Origin: Psychrobacter sp. HD31
Lineage (GTDB): Bacteria > Pseudomonadota > Gammaproteobacteria > Pseudomonadales > Moraxellaceae
NCBI RefSeq assembly: GCF_051097895.1
Contig: NZ_CP142525.1
Coordinates: 660,001 to 692,000 of the forward strand
Direction of reading: 5' to 3'
DNA length: 32,000 nt
Shown here: positions 1 to 8,475 of the stretch, piece after piece
Layout: every line of letters starts with the position of its first letter
Numbering within the stretch: the first letter of the stretch is position 1
Program-made: the position numbers and the translations under genes
Notes under the pieces: model-generated
Database searches by the model: none
What the model saw: the letters and a program-made list of their open reading frames with translations, nothing else
What the model was told of the DNA's origin: nothing

Positions 1-170
1 TCACCATATACGCCAATGGGCAAGAGTTAACTGATTTATCAGCAAATCAAATAAGCCTACTACAACAATTAGCAGATGGCTGTTGTTTAGGCTATCAACA
101 ACTTAATGACATGGATAAACTAACCATTATGGAATGGCTAGAAAATGGCTGGGTATGGTTGGATTTTTAG
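1..170 (+). CDS. 3' end of an unidentified CDS entering from the left edge (partial)
   Basis: An open frame (codons phased from nt 3) runs to TAG at 168-170: ...ANGQELTDLSANQISLLQQLADGCCLGYQQLNDMDKLTIMEWLENGWVWLDF*. A terminator hairpin follows directly. About 55 aa is too little to name. It loosely resembles the winged-helix tail of cupin/JmjC RoxA-like proteins, which is unverified. Confidence 0.4.
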   Translation, partial: TIYANGQELTDLSANQISLLQQLADGCCLGYQQLNDMDKLTIMEWLENGWVWLDF

Positions 171-221
171 AAAACTCACTAAAACTAAAGCATAAGCTAC
201 ATTAATTAACCTTTAATAACC

Positions 222-257
222 AAAAAAAACCGATGTATCATCATACATCGGTTTTTT
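222..257. terminator. Bidirectional rho-independent terminator between convergent genes
   Basis: Perfect 9-bp stem CCGATGTAT (230-238) / ATACATCGG (243-251) with a 4-nt loop. It is flanked by an A8 run (222-229) and a T6 run (252-257), so it reads as hairpin plus U-tract on both strands. Confidence 0.75.
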
Positions 258-276
258 GCTCAAAACATGCTGGATA

Positions 277-1698
277 TTACACCAAGAAGAAATAAGCCCA
301 TAAGCCAACAATAACCATAGAGATAATGTTTAAAACAATACCAATACGTAACATTTCTCGTTGCTTAATTAAGCCTGTACCAAAAACAATGGCATTTGGT
401 GGTGTTGCAACTGGCAACATAAATGCACACGATGCACCAATACCAATAATCAGTACAAGAACTTCTTGCGGTAAGCCCATTTCAGTTGCAATTGCTGCAA
501 ATACAGGTACTAGCAAAGCTGCAGACGCCGTGTTTGAAGCAAACTCGGTTAAGAAGATGATAAAGCCAGCAATTACTAGCATGACCAATAACACTGGTGA
601 AGTTGACAACATGTTTGCAACAGATTCACCCAATACTTTGGAAGCACCAGAAACTTTTAGAATATTTGACAGTGCAATACCACCACCAAAAAGCATTAAT
701 ACGCCCCAGTCAGTATTATCCGATACATGTCTCCATTTAGCCAGTCCTAAACCAACCACAGCAACAATAGCACTAAGTGCAATCACCGTATTAAATTTAG
801 CGATACCACCTAAATACCCACTAATTTGCTTAGAGAAAATCCATAAAAAGGCAGTTGTAATAAATACAATCATAGTTAAAATACGGCTGCGTGTCCAAGG
901 GATATTATCTGAAGGAGATGCTGTAATTTTTTGACCTAAATTTGGCTTAAGTATGACATACATAGCACCCAATAGTATTGGCATTAATACCAGCATAACT
1001 GGGATACCAAACTTCATCCATTCAGCAAAATCAATACCGAGTGCTTCGGCAGCAATACCGTTAGGAGGCGAACCAATAATAGTACCTAAGCCACCTAAAC
1101 TAGCAGAATAAGCAATACCTAATAATACAAATACAAAAGTACCTCTATCATTTTCTTTGTCAATTTGAGTCAATAAACCTAAACCTAAAGGTAACATCAT
1201 CGCCGCTGTTGCAGTATTAGAAATCCACATAGATAAAAAGGCTGTTACTGCAAAAACTAAAAAAACAGCATTCCCTAACTTACCACCAGACATGCTAATA
1301 AGCTTAAGTGCAATTTTTTTATCTAGCTTTTGCACGTGTAGAGCGGCCGCCAAAGCAAAACCACCCAAAAATAAAAAGATTAAATGGTTGGCAAAGTTTT
1401 TAAGTGACGTAGGTGCATCAATTTCTGGTATGCCCAAAAAAGCACTGATAACAACCACTAATATTGCTGTAATGGTAACGTGCATGGCTTCTGTTAGCCA
1501 TAACGCACCAATAAAAAATAACAATGCCAAACCTTTATTTGCATTAATATCAAAAGGCAGCACTTGATATAGTATCAAGCTAATAATAGCGAAAATTGAT
1601 GTTAAAACTAATCCCTTAACTGTACCTTGAGGAAAGGTAAACTCCTGTAGATCGTCACTTTCATGTACTAAACGATCTTGTGCTGGTTGTTGTGTCAT
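277..1698 (-). CDS. DASS/SLC13-family anion:Na+ symporter (di/tricarboxylate or sulfate transporter)
   Basis: 473-aa polytopic membrane protein. It carries the two re-entrant hairpin signatures SNTATAAMMLP and ASNTASAALLVP typical of the DASS (CitT/SdcS/NadC) family. ATG start with a GGAGG RBS just upstream. Confidence 0.85.
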   Translation of the reverse strand: MTQQPAQDRLVHESDDLQEFTFPQGTVKGLVLTSIFAIISLILYQVLPFDINANKGLALLFFIGALWLTEAMHVTITAILVVVISAFLGIPEIDAPTSLKNFANHLIFLFLGGFALAAALHVQKLDKKIALKLISMSGGKLGNAVFLVFAVTAFLSMWISNTATAAMMLPLGLGLLTQIDKENDRGTFVFVLLGIAYSASLGGLGTIIGSPPNGIAAEALGIDFAEWMKFGIPVMLVLMPILLGAMYVILKPNLGQKITASPSDNIPWTRSRILTMIVFITTAFLWIFSKQISGYLGGIAKFNTVIALSAIVAVVGLGLAKWRHVSDNTDWGVLMLFGGGIALSNILKVSGASKVLGESVANMLSTSPVLLVMLVIAGFIIFLTEFASNTASAALLVPVFAAIATEMGLPQEVLVLIIGIGASCAFMLPVATPPNAIVFGTGLIKQREMLRIGIVLNIISMVIVGLWAYFFLV

Positions 1699-1999
1699 TC
1701 AGACCTCCAAAAACTTGTATGACAAGAAATACTTTAGACTGCTTGATATCAGTCAGACATTGCCTATGTCTGATAGATGGTGCCATAGGCAACTATAAAA
1801 ATGTCAGCGGTCATTCCACATTTTGAGTGAAACTTCTTAAAGATAATGCTGAAATAAATAAAGCATAAAAGTTCTATCGTTATTGCTAAATAAAAATTAC
1901 AGAATAGTTACAAATTTTCATAAAAAAGCAACTTAGCAATTCTAGTGGCAAACACTTATTTTTTCAAGGGATTTTGTTAATTGTAAAACCTATTGGAAT

Positions 2000-2035
2000 A
2001 AAAAAAGCGAACACTCATTTGAGTATTCGCTTTTT
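2000..2035 (-). terminator. Rho-independent terminator downstream of the OmpA-family gene
   Basis: Stem GCGAACACTC (2007-2016) / GAGTATTCGC (2021-2030) pairs at 9 of 10 positions, with a 4-nt loop. On the minus strand it is followed by a T7 run. It lies 20 nt past the stop at 2051. Confidence 0.65.
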
Positions 2036-2050
2036 GGAATATTTTAATGC

Positions 2051-2875
2051 TTATTTATAAATCAAAACATCAACTTCAACACGTCTGTTTGGTTGTAGAC
2101 AATTTATCTCTTGCTGGCGTGGCAAGTGAGCCGAACATTGTTTAATAGGATATTGTTCGCCTGCGCCACTGGCTGACATCGCTGCGGCATTGACACCTTG
2201 ATTAGACAAATAAGCCAACACCGTATTTGCACGGTTTTGTGATAAAGTCATATTATACTTTTCACTGCCTTTATGGTCTGTATGACCTGTTAAATGCAAA
2301 CGTACTTCACCTTGTAAACCATATTCACGAATTTTATCTGCTAATCTGTCGAGCTCTTCACGCCCACCTGGCAACATATTATGTGAATCTGACTTATCAA
2401 ATTTAAATAAGGCATCAGCATCTAAGACGATTTTTTCATGAATGACTTCAGAATTTGGTGCTTTAGCCACTAAGTACTTAGCACAATCGGTTGGTAGCCA
2501 ATAAAACTCTTGTCCTTTAAAATTTTCATCAAAAATGACTTTATATTGACAAATCTGCACACTGTCATCATCTTTATAAAACTTCATAATGTAGTCCCAC
2601 TCATGCGAATATTGAGCTTCGCTAAAGTGAGGACGACCAATGAGCTGATAAAGTTCGTCCTTTGCAATACCTGGTTTAATTTTAGTCATGTTCTCAATAT
2701 TTGGGAACTGCCCTTCTAATTGCCACGCATCATTAAGCTCAGGAAACACAAGATTACTTGGATCAACTGTTCCTTGTGCTGTAATACCCTCACTAAGTGA
2801 GTTAGTACAACCTGCCAATGCAAAAGCACCAGCAATCACACTTATTAATGGCACTCTGGTTAATTTAGTTTTCAT
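2051..2875 (-). CDS. OmpA-family outer-membrane lipoprotein (BamE/SmpA-like N-domain plus OmpA_C peptidoglycan-binding domain)
   Basis: Signal peptide ending in the lipobox LAGC. BamE-like segment IKPGIAKDELYQLIGRPHF. C-terminal OmpA_C motifs LTGHTDHKGSEKYNMTLSQNRANTV ... NRRVEV. ATG start with an AGGA RBS. Confidence 0.85.
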   Translation of the reverse strand: MKTKLTRVPLISVIAGAFALAGCTNSLSEGITAQGTVDPSNLVFPELNDAWQLEGQFPNIENMTKIKPGIAKDELYQLIGRPHFSEAQYSHEWDYIMKFYKDDDSVQICQYKVIFDENFKGQEFYWLPTDCAKYLVAKAPNSEVIHEKIVLDADALFKFDKSDSHNMLPGGREELDRLADKIREYGLQGEVRLHLTGHTDHKGSEKYNMTLSQNRANTVLAYLSNQGVNAAAMSASGAGEQYPIKQCSAHLPRQQEINCLQPNRRVEVDVLIYK

Positions 2876-3101
2876 GCTAAGTCCTATTAAATTAATTTAG
2901 TTCTTTTTTATATAATTAAAAACAGAAATATTAATAATACTGCATATAAATCTGGTTAATCTTTCGTTAACAAGATTTAATGTAACACATAAAAGTCATA
3001 CATCCATACATAATTTGCATCTATTTTTATACTGCCAGCCAATTATACTTTGTATTATTAAGGAGACTAAACTTTTTAAGTGTTAAACATCGCTTAATAT
3101 A

Positions 3102-3120
3102 ACTAATGATTATCATTAAT
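3102..3120. promoter_or_regulatory. Fur-box-like palindrome
   Basis: ACTAATGATTATCATTAAT matches 14 of 19 positions of the E. coli Fur consensus GATAATGATAATCATTATC. The central arms TAATGAT-n-ATCATTA are perfect. It lies in the 296-bp gap upstream (minus sense) of the OmpA-family gene. Confidence 0.5.
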
Positions 3121-3171
3121 AAATTTAGTACAACATTACTAAAAACTTTTCTTAACCATCTATATTGCTAA

Positions 3172-4002
3172 TTAAGACTCGCTCATTTCCATTTGCATAA
3201 GTTGTTCGCTAATAGCAACGGTATTAAAGCCTGCGTCAACAAAAAGAATTTCACCAGTAATACCCGAAGCCCAAGGAGATAATAGGAATAAAGCGGCATT
3301 TCCCACTTCCATTTGGCTAACATTACGCTGCAATGGTGCAATCTTTTCATTAATGTCTAACATTTTTCTAAATGATTTAATGCCACTGGCTGCAAGTGTC
3401 CTGATAGGGCCTGCTGAAATGGCATTTACACGAATACCTTCACCACCCATAGATGCCGCAAGGTAACGGACACTTGCTTCCAAACTCGCTTTTGCCATGC
3501 CCATAACATTATAGTTGGGTAATACCGAAATACTCCCTTCATAAGTGAGGGTTAACAAAGAACCTTGACGCTGGGTTAACAAATCACGTGATGCTTTTGC
3601 TAAGGCAACAAAGCTATAAGCAGAAATATCATGTGCAATTTGGCTACCCTCTCTGGTCGTAACTTCTGCAAAATTACCATCTAGTTGGTCTGCCGGTGCA
3701 AAACCAATTGCATGCACAACACCATCAATACCGGCTGCCTCACCATTTTTCTCATTACCCCAATGTTCACGAACCTTATCAAAACAATCATTAATGGACT
3801 CATCAGTTGCCACATCGCATTCTAATACTAAATCGGCATTAAACGCCGCAGCAGCCATATCCACTCGTTTTTTCATTTTATCATTTGGATACGTTAAAAT
3901 TAGTGAGGCACCCTCACGGTGTAAGGCCTCAGCAATAGACCAGGCAATTGAAAGCTTACTTGCGATACCAGTTACAACAAATCTTTTACCTTGTAATAAC
4001 AT
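3172..4002 (-). CDS. fabI: Enoyl-[acyl-carrier-protein] reductase (NADH) FabI
   Basis: 276-aa SDR. N-terminus [26 protein letters not shown] and the FabI catalytic region [19 protein letters not shown] (Y-x6-K). Also [26 protein letters not shown]. Confidence 0.93.
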   Translation of the reverse strand: MLLQGKRFVVTGIASKLSIAWSIAEALHREGASLILTYPNDKMKKRVDMAAAAFNADLVLECDVATDESINDCFDKVREHWGNEKNGEAAGIDGVVHAIGFAPADQLDGNFAEVTTREGSQIAHDISAYSFVALAKASRDLLTQRQGSLLTLTYEGSISVLPNYNVMGMAKASLEASVRYLAASMGGEGIRVNAISAGPIRTLAASGIKSFRKMLDINEKIAPLQRNVSQMEVGNAALFLLSPWASGITGEILFVDAGFNTVAISEQLMQMEMSES

Positions 4003-4185
4003 AATTACTCCTTATTAACTTAATATGTCTCTAATTTTTAGAGATTATACCTAACAGCAAGTTAAATGTACACTTGTAAACTAAACTTCCTTAAAATTGT
4101 AAATTACCCTATTTTTTCGTAAAATCACTTTACAAAATTTGTTTAAACGGTAAGCTATAGTTTTTTTAATTATTAAAATTTTATC

Positions 4186-4767
4186 ATGACACAAATACCT
4201 CACCCTAATGCACATTTATATAGTCAACTTATTTCTTCAACTGGTGAAGATTTGTCACGCGAAGGCTTGGTGGACACACCAGAGCGTTCTGCCAAGGCAT
4301 TTGAGTACTTAACACGTGGTTATAAACAGAGCCTTGAAGAGGTAGCTAACGGCGCTGTTTTCCCCACTGACAATGATGAACTCGTATTAGTACAAAATAT
4401 TGAGTTTTATTCATTATGTGAACATCATATTCTACCTTTTTATGGTGTTGCTCATGTTGGCTATTTACCAGATGGCAAAGTACTGGGTTTATCAAAAGTT
4501 GCCAGAATTATTGACATGTTTGCTCGTCGCTTACAAATACAGGAAAACTTGACACAAGAAGTTGCAAATGCAATTGAGGAAATGACAGGTTGCCGTGGCG
4601 TTGCGGTAGTGATGGATGCTGCTCATATGTGTATGATGATGCGTGGTGTTAGTAAGCAACAGTCAACCACTCGCAGTTTAGCGATGCTAGGTGAGTTTAA
4701 AACAAATGAAGCGGCAAGAGCAGAGTTTTTAGCCGCTGTACCAAAACGTGTAACGCAGTTTGGTTAA
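4186..4767 (+). CDS. folE: GTP cyclohydrolase I (type 1) FolE
   Basis: 193 aa with the zinc/active-site block [20 protein letters not shown], plus [11 protein letters not shown] and HMCMMMRGV, all characteristic of FolE. Confidence 0.93.
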   Translation: MTQIPHPNAHLYSQLISSTGEDLSREGLVDTPERSAKAFEYLTRGYKQSLEEVANGAVFPTDNDELVLVQNIEFYSLCEHHILPFYGVAHVGYLPDGKVLGLSKVARIIDMFARRLQIQENLTQEVANAIEEMTGCRGVAVVMDAAHMCMMMRGVSKQQSTTRSLAMLGEFKTNEAARAEFLAAVPKRVTQFG

Positions 4768-4800
4768 CAAACAACCCAAAGCAGTTATACCATAAAACAG

Positions 4801-4822
4801 GCCAGCTTAACTTTAAGCTGGC
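4801..4822 (+). terminator. Putative weak terminator after folE
   Basis: Stem GCCAGCTTA (4801-4809) / TAAGCTGGC (4814-4822) with a 4-nt loop. Only a short, interrupted T stretch (TTGCTAGTTT) follows. Confidence 0.4.
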
Positions 4823-4899
4823 TTGCTAGTTTATACAATTCATGCGATGATAAATGCTAAATTTTCTAACGTATTTAAACAGCTAGCAACATAACCATT

Positions 4900-5970
4900 A
4901 TGTCTAATTTAGAAAAACCCCTACCAACAACAGAAGCAAACCAAGGTACTGACACAAATAATAAAACCAGTGCCAATACAACTGCACGTCAATGGCAGGT
5001 TTTGTCGCAATTACAACGCACTAAATGGATAGGTACTGTACAGATTTTAGAAAACCTTAAATTGTTGGGCATTAATGTCAACATACGCACAATACAAAGA
5101 GACTTAAATTCGTTAGCTAAAAGATTTCCTCTAGAAAAAAACAATGCTAACCCGCAAGGCTGGCGATGGAAAAATAATGCCCCACAAGAAAGCTTCCCTA
5201 ACATGAACTTATCACAAGCCGTTGCTTTTGGCATGGTACAGGCTAACTTGTCACAATTATTACCTCCTTCTATTTTACAAGAACTTACCCCATGGTTTAA
5301 CCTTGCCAGAAAACAATTAACAGATAACAAAGCAAGCCAAACATGGGTAGATCGTGTCCGTATTGAACCCGCTACACAGCCTTTGATTGCACCAGACATA
5401 GATAGCAAAGTAAAAGACTACATTTATCAGTCTGTATTTACCAAAAAACGTATTTTAGCCAGCTATAAAGGTCGAGATAAAACAACCGCTATAGAATACC
5501 AGCTTAATCCACTGGCAATTATCCAGCGTGGCGTCATTTTATATTTGCTTGCTACCAAAGTAGAAGATCAAGAAAATGTGATTCGCTCATTTGCTTTACA
5601 CCGGTTTTATAAAGTAGAAATTTTAAAAGAAAACGCAACAACCCCTGTTGGGTTTGATTTAAACAAGCACCTACAAAGTGGTGCAATGGGCTTTAATGAC
5701 CCGATTTTAAGCCAATTGCCTGGCAAAGGTAAAAATACTAAAATATCTTTACGACTCAACGCTCAGGCCGCTAAACATTTAACCGAAAGCAAGCTGAGTC
5801 AAGATCAACAAGTATCTTATAATGAAGATGAAACCATGACCATAAATGCAACCGTTAATCTCACCTCACAACTGGTTTGGTGGCTAAGAGGTTTTGGCGA
5901 TGATTTAAAATCTATTGAACCAGAAATCTTAAGTCAAGTTGTGTTTAACCAAGCAATAGAAAATCAATAA
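4900..5970 (+). CDS. WYL-domain transcriptional regulator (wHTH + WYL + C-terminal extension)
   Basis: 356 aa. Low-complexity N-tail, then a wHTH (WIGTVQILENLKLLGINVNIRTIQRDLNSLAK). WYL-domain core: YQLNPLAIIQRGVILYLLATKVEDQENVIRSFALHRFYKVEIL, matching the pattern P..L...WYL.A....R.F.L.RI. Confidence 0.8.
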   Translation: MSNLEKPLPTTEANQGTDTNNKTSANTTARQWQVLSQLQRTKWIGTVQILENLKLLGINVNIRTIQRDLNSLAKRFPLEKNNANPQGWRWKNNAPQESFPNMNLSQAVAFGMVQANLSQLLPPSILQELTPWFNLARKQLTDNKASQTWVDRVRIEPATQPLIAPDIDSKVKDYIYQSVFTKKRILASYKGRDKTTAIEYQLNPLAIIQRGVILYLLATKVEDQENVIRSFALHRFYKVEILKENATTPVGFDLNKHLQSGAMGFNDPILSQLPGKGKNTKISLRLNAQAAKHLTESKLSQDQQVSYNEDETMTINATVNLTSQLVWWLRGFGDDLKSIEPEILSQVVFNQAIENQ

Positions 5971-6002
5971 CGCCAATAGCCGATACAAAGAAGAAACCAA
6001 TA

Positions 6003-6632
6003 ATGCCAACATATCATTCAAATAAAAGCCCTTTAATGAGTCTAAAGTCTATGGGGCTTAGCAATACTTTATATTTCTCAATGGAGTTCACTTACACCAA
6101 GGTTCAAAAAAAAGGGCTTATTAACAAGTTTAAAAAGCAGACGCATCCAATGGATATAGATATTGCTTGTTTGTTATTTGACAGTGAGCATGAATGCGTA
6201 GAAAAGATTTGGTATAAAAATTTAAGAGACCATTCTGAAGCGATTCGTCATAAAGGTGATGACTTACACGGGCACCGCCCAGATAAGCCCATTGACAATC
6301 TAGACTTAAAAAAAGATTTAGAGCAAATTGAGCTCCGTTTAGACAAGCTAGCAAGTGATATTCAACAAATTGTATTCATTGTTTCTTCATATACGGGTGA
6401 TGCATTAGCTAAAGTTGAAAATGGGAAAGTTAATTTAGATGATGAAAATGCAAATCAAGCAATGACCACTCTATTTGCAAACTTACCAAATAATTGCCAT
6501 ACCTTGTGGGCAGCAACCATTAAAAAAGTAAATGATGATTGGTTTTTTGAAGAAACAAAAAAACCAATAGACAGTTTTGATCCAAAAAGCTTACAAAGCG
6601 TTGCTAAAGAAATGAGTACCAAACTCACATAA
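6003..6632 (+). CDS. Divergent TerD-family (tellurium-resistance/stress TerD domain) protein
   Basis: The layout parallels TerD. MDIDIACLLFDSEHECV corresponds to FDLDASALLCDASGKV. HKGDDLHG corresponds to HTGDNLTGEG. DIQQIVFIVSSY corresponds to DVDKIVFTVSIY. The C-terminal ...WFFEE corresponds to ...WKFRA. The acidic GDGDDE Ca-binding run is replaced by an insertion. The start is uncertain (M1, M12 and M17 are all possible) and the RBS is weak. Confidence 0.6.
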   Translation: MPTYHSNKSPLMSLKSMGLSNTLYFSMEFTYTKVQKKGLINKFKKQTHPMDIDIACLLFDSEHECVEKIWYKNLRDHSEAIRHKGDDLHGHRPDKPIDNLDLKKDLEQIELRLDKLASDIQQIVFIVSSYTGDALAKVENGKVNLDDENANQAMTTLFANLPNNCHTLWAATIKKVNDDWFFEETKKPIDSFDPKSLQSVAKEMSTKLT

Positions 6633-6717
6633 GTTATTTTTGGGGATAACCAATTTAAATTTAAAGTTAGATTAATACGCTTAAGCCCTAGTAGGTTGCG
6701 CGACTTTGGTACTAATA

Positions 6718-7704
6718 TTAATGCAACGATTCACCACAATGAGGACAAAAGTTTTTCTTTTTTTCAACGGCTCTTTCTCGTTTTTCTAGCCGTTGTTCTC
6801 GAATAACTTGCAGTAAAATATCTTGTGCAGCTTCTTTTGCCAAGCCCAGCTCACATCGGATCGCCTCAACACGGGCTTGGTTCTGTACTAAATCGACATC
6901 TTCATCCAGCAAAAGCTCTCTAAAGTTTTGTTCCATTTCTTCACGACGTTGCGCTAATTCATTGGCTAAACCGGATGCTAAAATACCAGCTGGCAATGCC
7001 GCTAAACCAACACCCAAAATTGTAATAACCGCACCTAAAATTTTACCTGCTGTAGTAATTGGGATGACATCACCATAACCGACCGTTGTTAAGGTAACAA
7101 CAGCCCACCACATGGCTTTGGGTATGGATTCAAACTGTTCTGGTTGGGCGTGATTTTCCACCACATAAATGCCACTTGAAGCAAGCACAATCATAATAAA
7201 TAAGATAAAAATAACGGCTTGAAATGAGCCTCTTTCTTTACTTAATACGGTAAGCAAGATACGCATGGAGGCAAAGTAACGGGTTAGCTTAAGCAGTCTA
7301 AAGAGACGTAAAATACGTAAAAACCTTAAGTCAATAACAACAAAGAAGTTTAAGATACTTGGTAAAATTGCCAATAAATCAATAATCGCACTTGGACTTT
7401 TTGCCCACTCCCACCTTTGCCCCCAACTGGGCTTGCTTGGTCTTTCTTCAATCACTGACCAAATACGTAACAAATACTCAATGCTAAAAACAATTAAAGA
7501 AAAGTCTTCAAACACATCAAAATAAATTTGATTGGGGTAATACCAAACATCTACTGATTCTGCAATAACTGCAATGACATTCGTGATAATAAGAAATATT
7601 AAGAAATAGTCAATATATCGACTAAAGAAAGAATCATACTGATTGTTTTGTAAAACATTGTATACAAAATGCCTAGCATGTTTAATAGGACGAATACTAC
7701 TCAT
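6718..7704 (-). CDS. Voltage-gated K+ channel (6-TM, Kv/KvAP-like)
   Basis: S4 voltage sensor with Arg at every third position (LRFLRILRLFRLLKLTRYF). K+ selectivity filter TLTTVGYGD. Charged coiled-coil-like C-terminus ending in CPHCGESLH. Confidence 0.85.
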   Translation of the reverse strand: MSSIRPIKHARHFVYNVLQNNQYDSFFSRYIDYFLIFLIITNVIAVIAESVDVWYYPNQIYFDVFEDFSLIVFSIEYLLRIWSVIEERPSKPSWGQRWEWAKSPSAIIDLLAILPSILNFFVVIDLRFLRILRLFRLLKLTRYFASMRILLTVLSKERGSFQAVIFILFIMIVLASSGIYVVENHAQPEQFESIPKAMWWAVVTLTTVGYGDVIPITTAGKILGAVITILGVGLAALPAGILASGLANELAQRREEMEQNFRELLLDEDVDLVQNQARVEAIRCELGLAKEAAQDILLQVIREQRLEKRERAVEKKKNFCPHCGESLH

Positions 7705-7859
7705 AGCAAAAATCCAAAGACTGCTTAATTTGCTTTGCTAAATTTTAAAATTTATCTTCTATGAGTGTAAAGATAGCACATTCACATTTTATTGCCTATA
7801 GCTTAATGTGTAATACCAATATAAATGCTTAATATTTATATGGCATTTTAGGCAACCTG

Positions 7860-8429
7860 TTATTTAAAAGATTTTAAGCTGATATAGCCAATGACTGATT
7901 TATCTTGCTCAACTTGTTTGTCTTTTAAAGGGGTAATTTTTAATGCGCCATGCGATAACAAGCCATTAACATCATAAATATCATCAACATCTACTTGCAT
8001 TTTATCATCCACATGAGAGGTCGCAATTGCTTGACTGCCCTCCTCTACACAGGTATAACTTTGATAAAACTGACTTTGTTTCGCTTTTTTAACAGCTTCT
8101 GCTTGCGTGTTAGCAACCACTAACAACTTGTGATGAAACTCCTCAAACTCATTTGGTAAATAGCCACCAAGGTTAATAAAAAACAGCTTAAGCCCATTGT
8201 CATCGGTTGATTTTTGTTTTTGCCATTCAATTTTATATCCATCAACCACTGTAACTGGTCGATAAGCGTCAAAATGCCACTTACCTGCCACTTCTGCCCA
8301 ATGTCTATTAACCGCAGGAATCAACTCACTAATTTGATTAGCCATGCCAAAAAAGATGTCATGCTGCTCAATCAATCTACCTTGTGGTTTAGCACCAATT
8401 TTTATCATAAACAGTGTCGGTTTTGTCAT
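7860..8429 (-). CDS. DUF1543 domain-containing protein (two repeats)
   Basis: Recognised from memory of the family signature: LFMIKIGAKPQGRLIEQHDIFFG. A second, degenerate copy is LFFINLGGYLPNEFEEFHHKLLVV. Function unknown. Confidence 0.55.
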   Translation of the reverse strand: MTKPTLFMIKIGAKPQGRLIEQHDIFFGMANQISELIPAVNRHWAEVAGKWHFDAYRPVTVVDGYKIEWQKQKSTDDNGLKLFFINLGGYLPNEFEEFHHKLLVVANTQAEAVKKAKQSQFYQSYTCVEEGSQAIATSHVDDKMQVDVDDIYDVNGLLSHGALKITPLKDKQVEQDKSVIGYISLKSFK

Positions 8430-8475
8430 GGCTAATTCTCTCTTTATCGCTCTAACGGTTAATTATTTTAATAGC

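Noticed and set aside
326-934. Long antisense ORFs in the six-frame track: 326-934, 1292-1567, 2510-2719, 2688-2900, 3794-4018, 4989-5408, 6130-6354, 8214-8435, 8640-8885, 11716-12012, 12944-13204, 15203-15472, 16824-17090, 17433-17621, 19622-19840, 22398-22622, 22677-22898, 23294-23506, 23409-23684, 24887-25105, 26663-26878, 27623-27988, 28706-28951 and 30847-31101.
   Set aside because: Each lies wholly or largely inside a longer ORF, on the opposite strand or in another frame, whose product has clear family motifs. Their translations are low-complexity or rich in unusual residues with no recognisable motifs or RBS. They are shadow ORFs.
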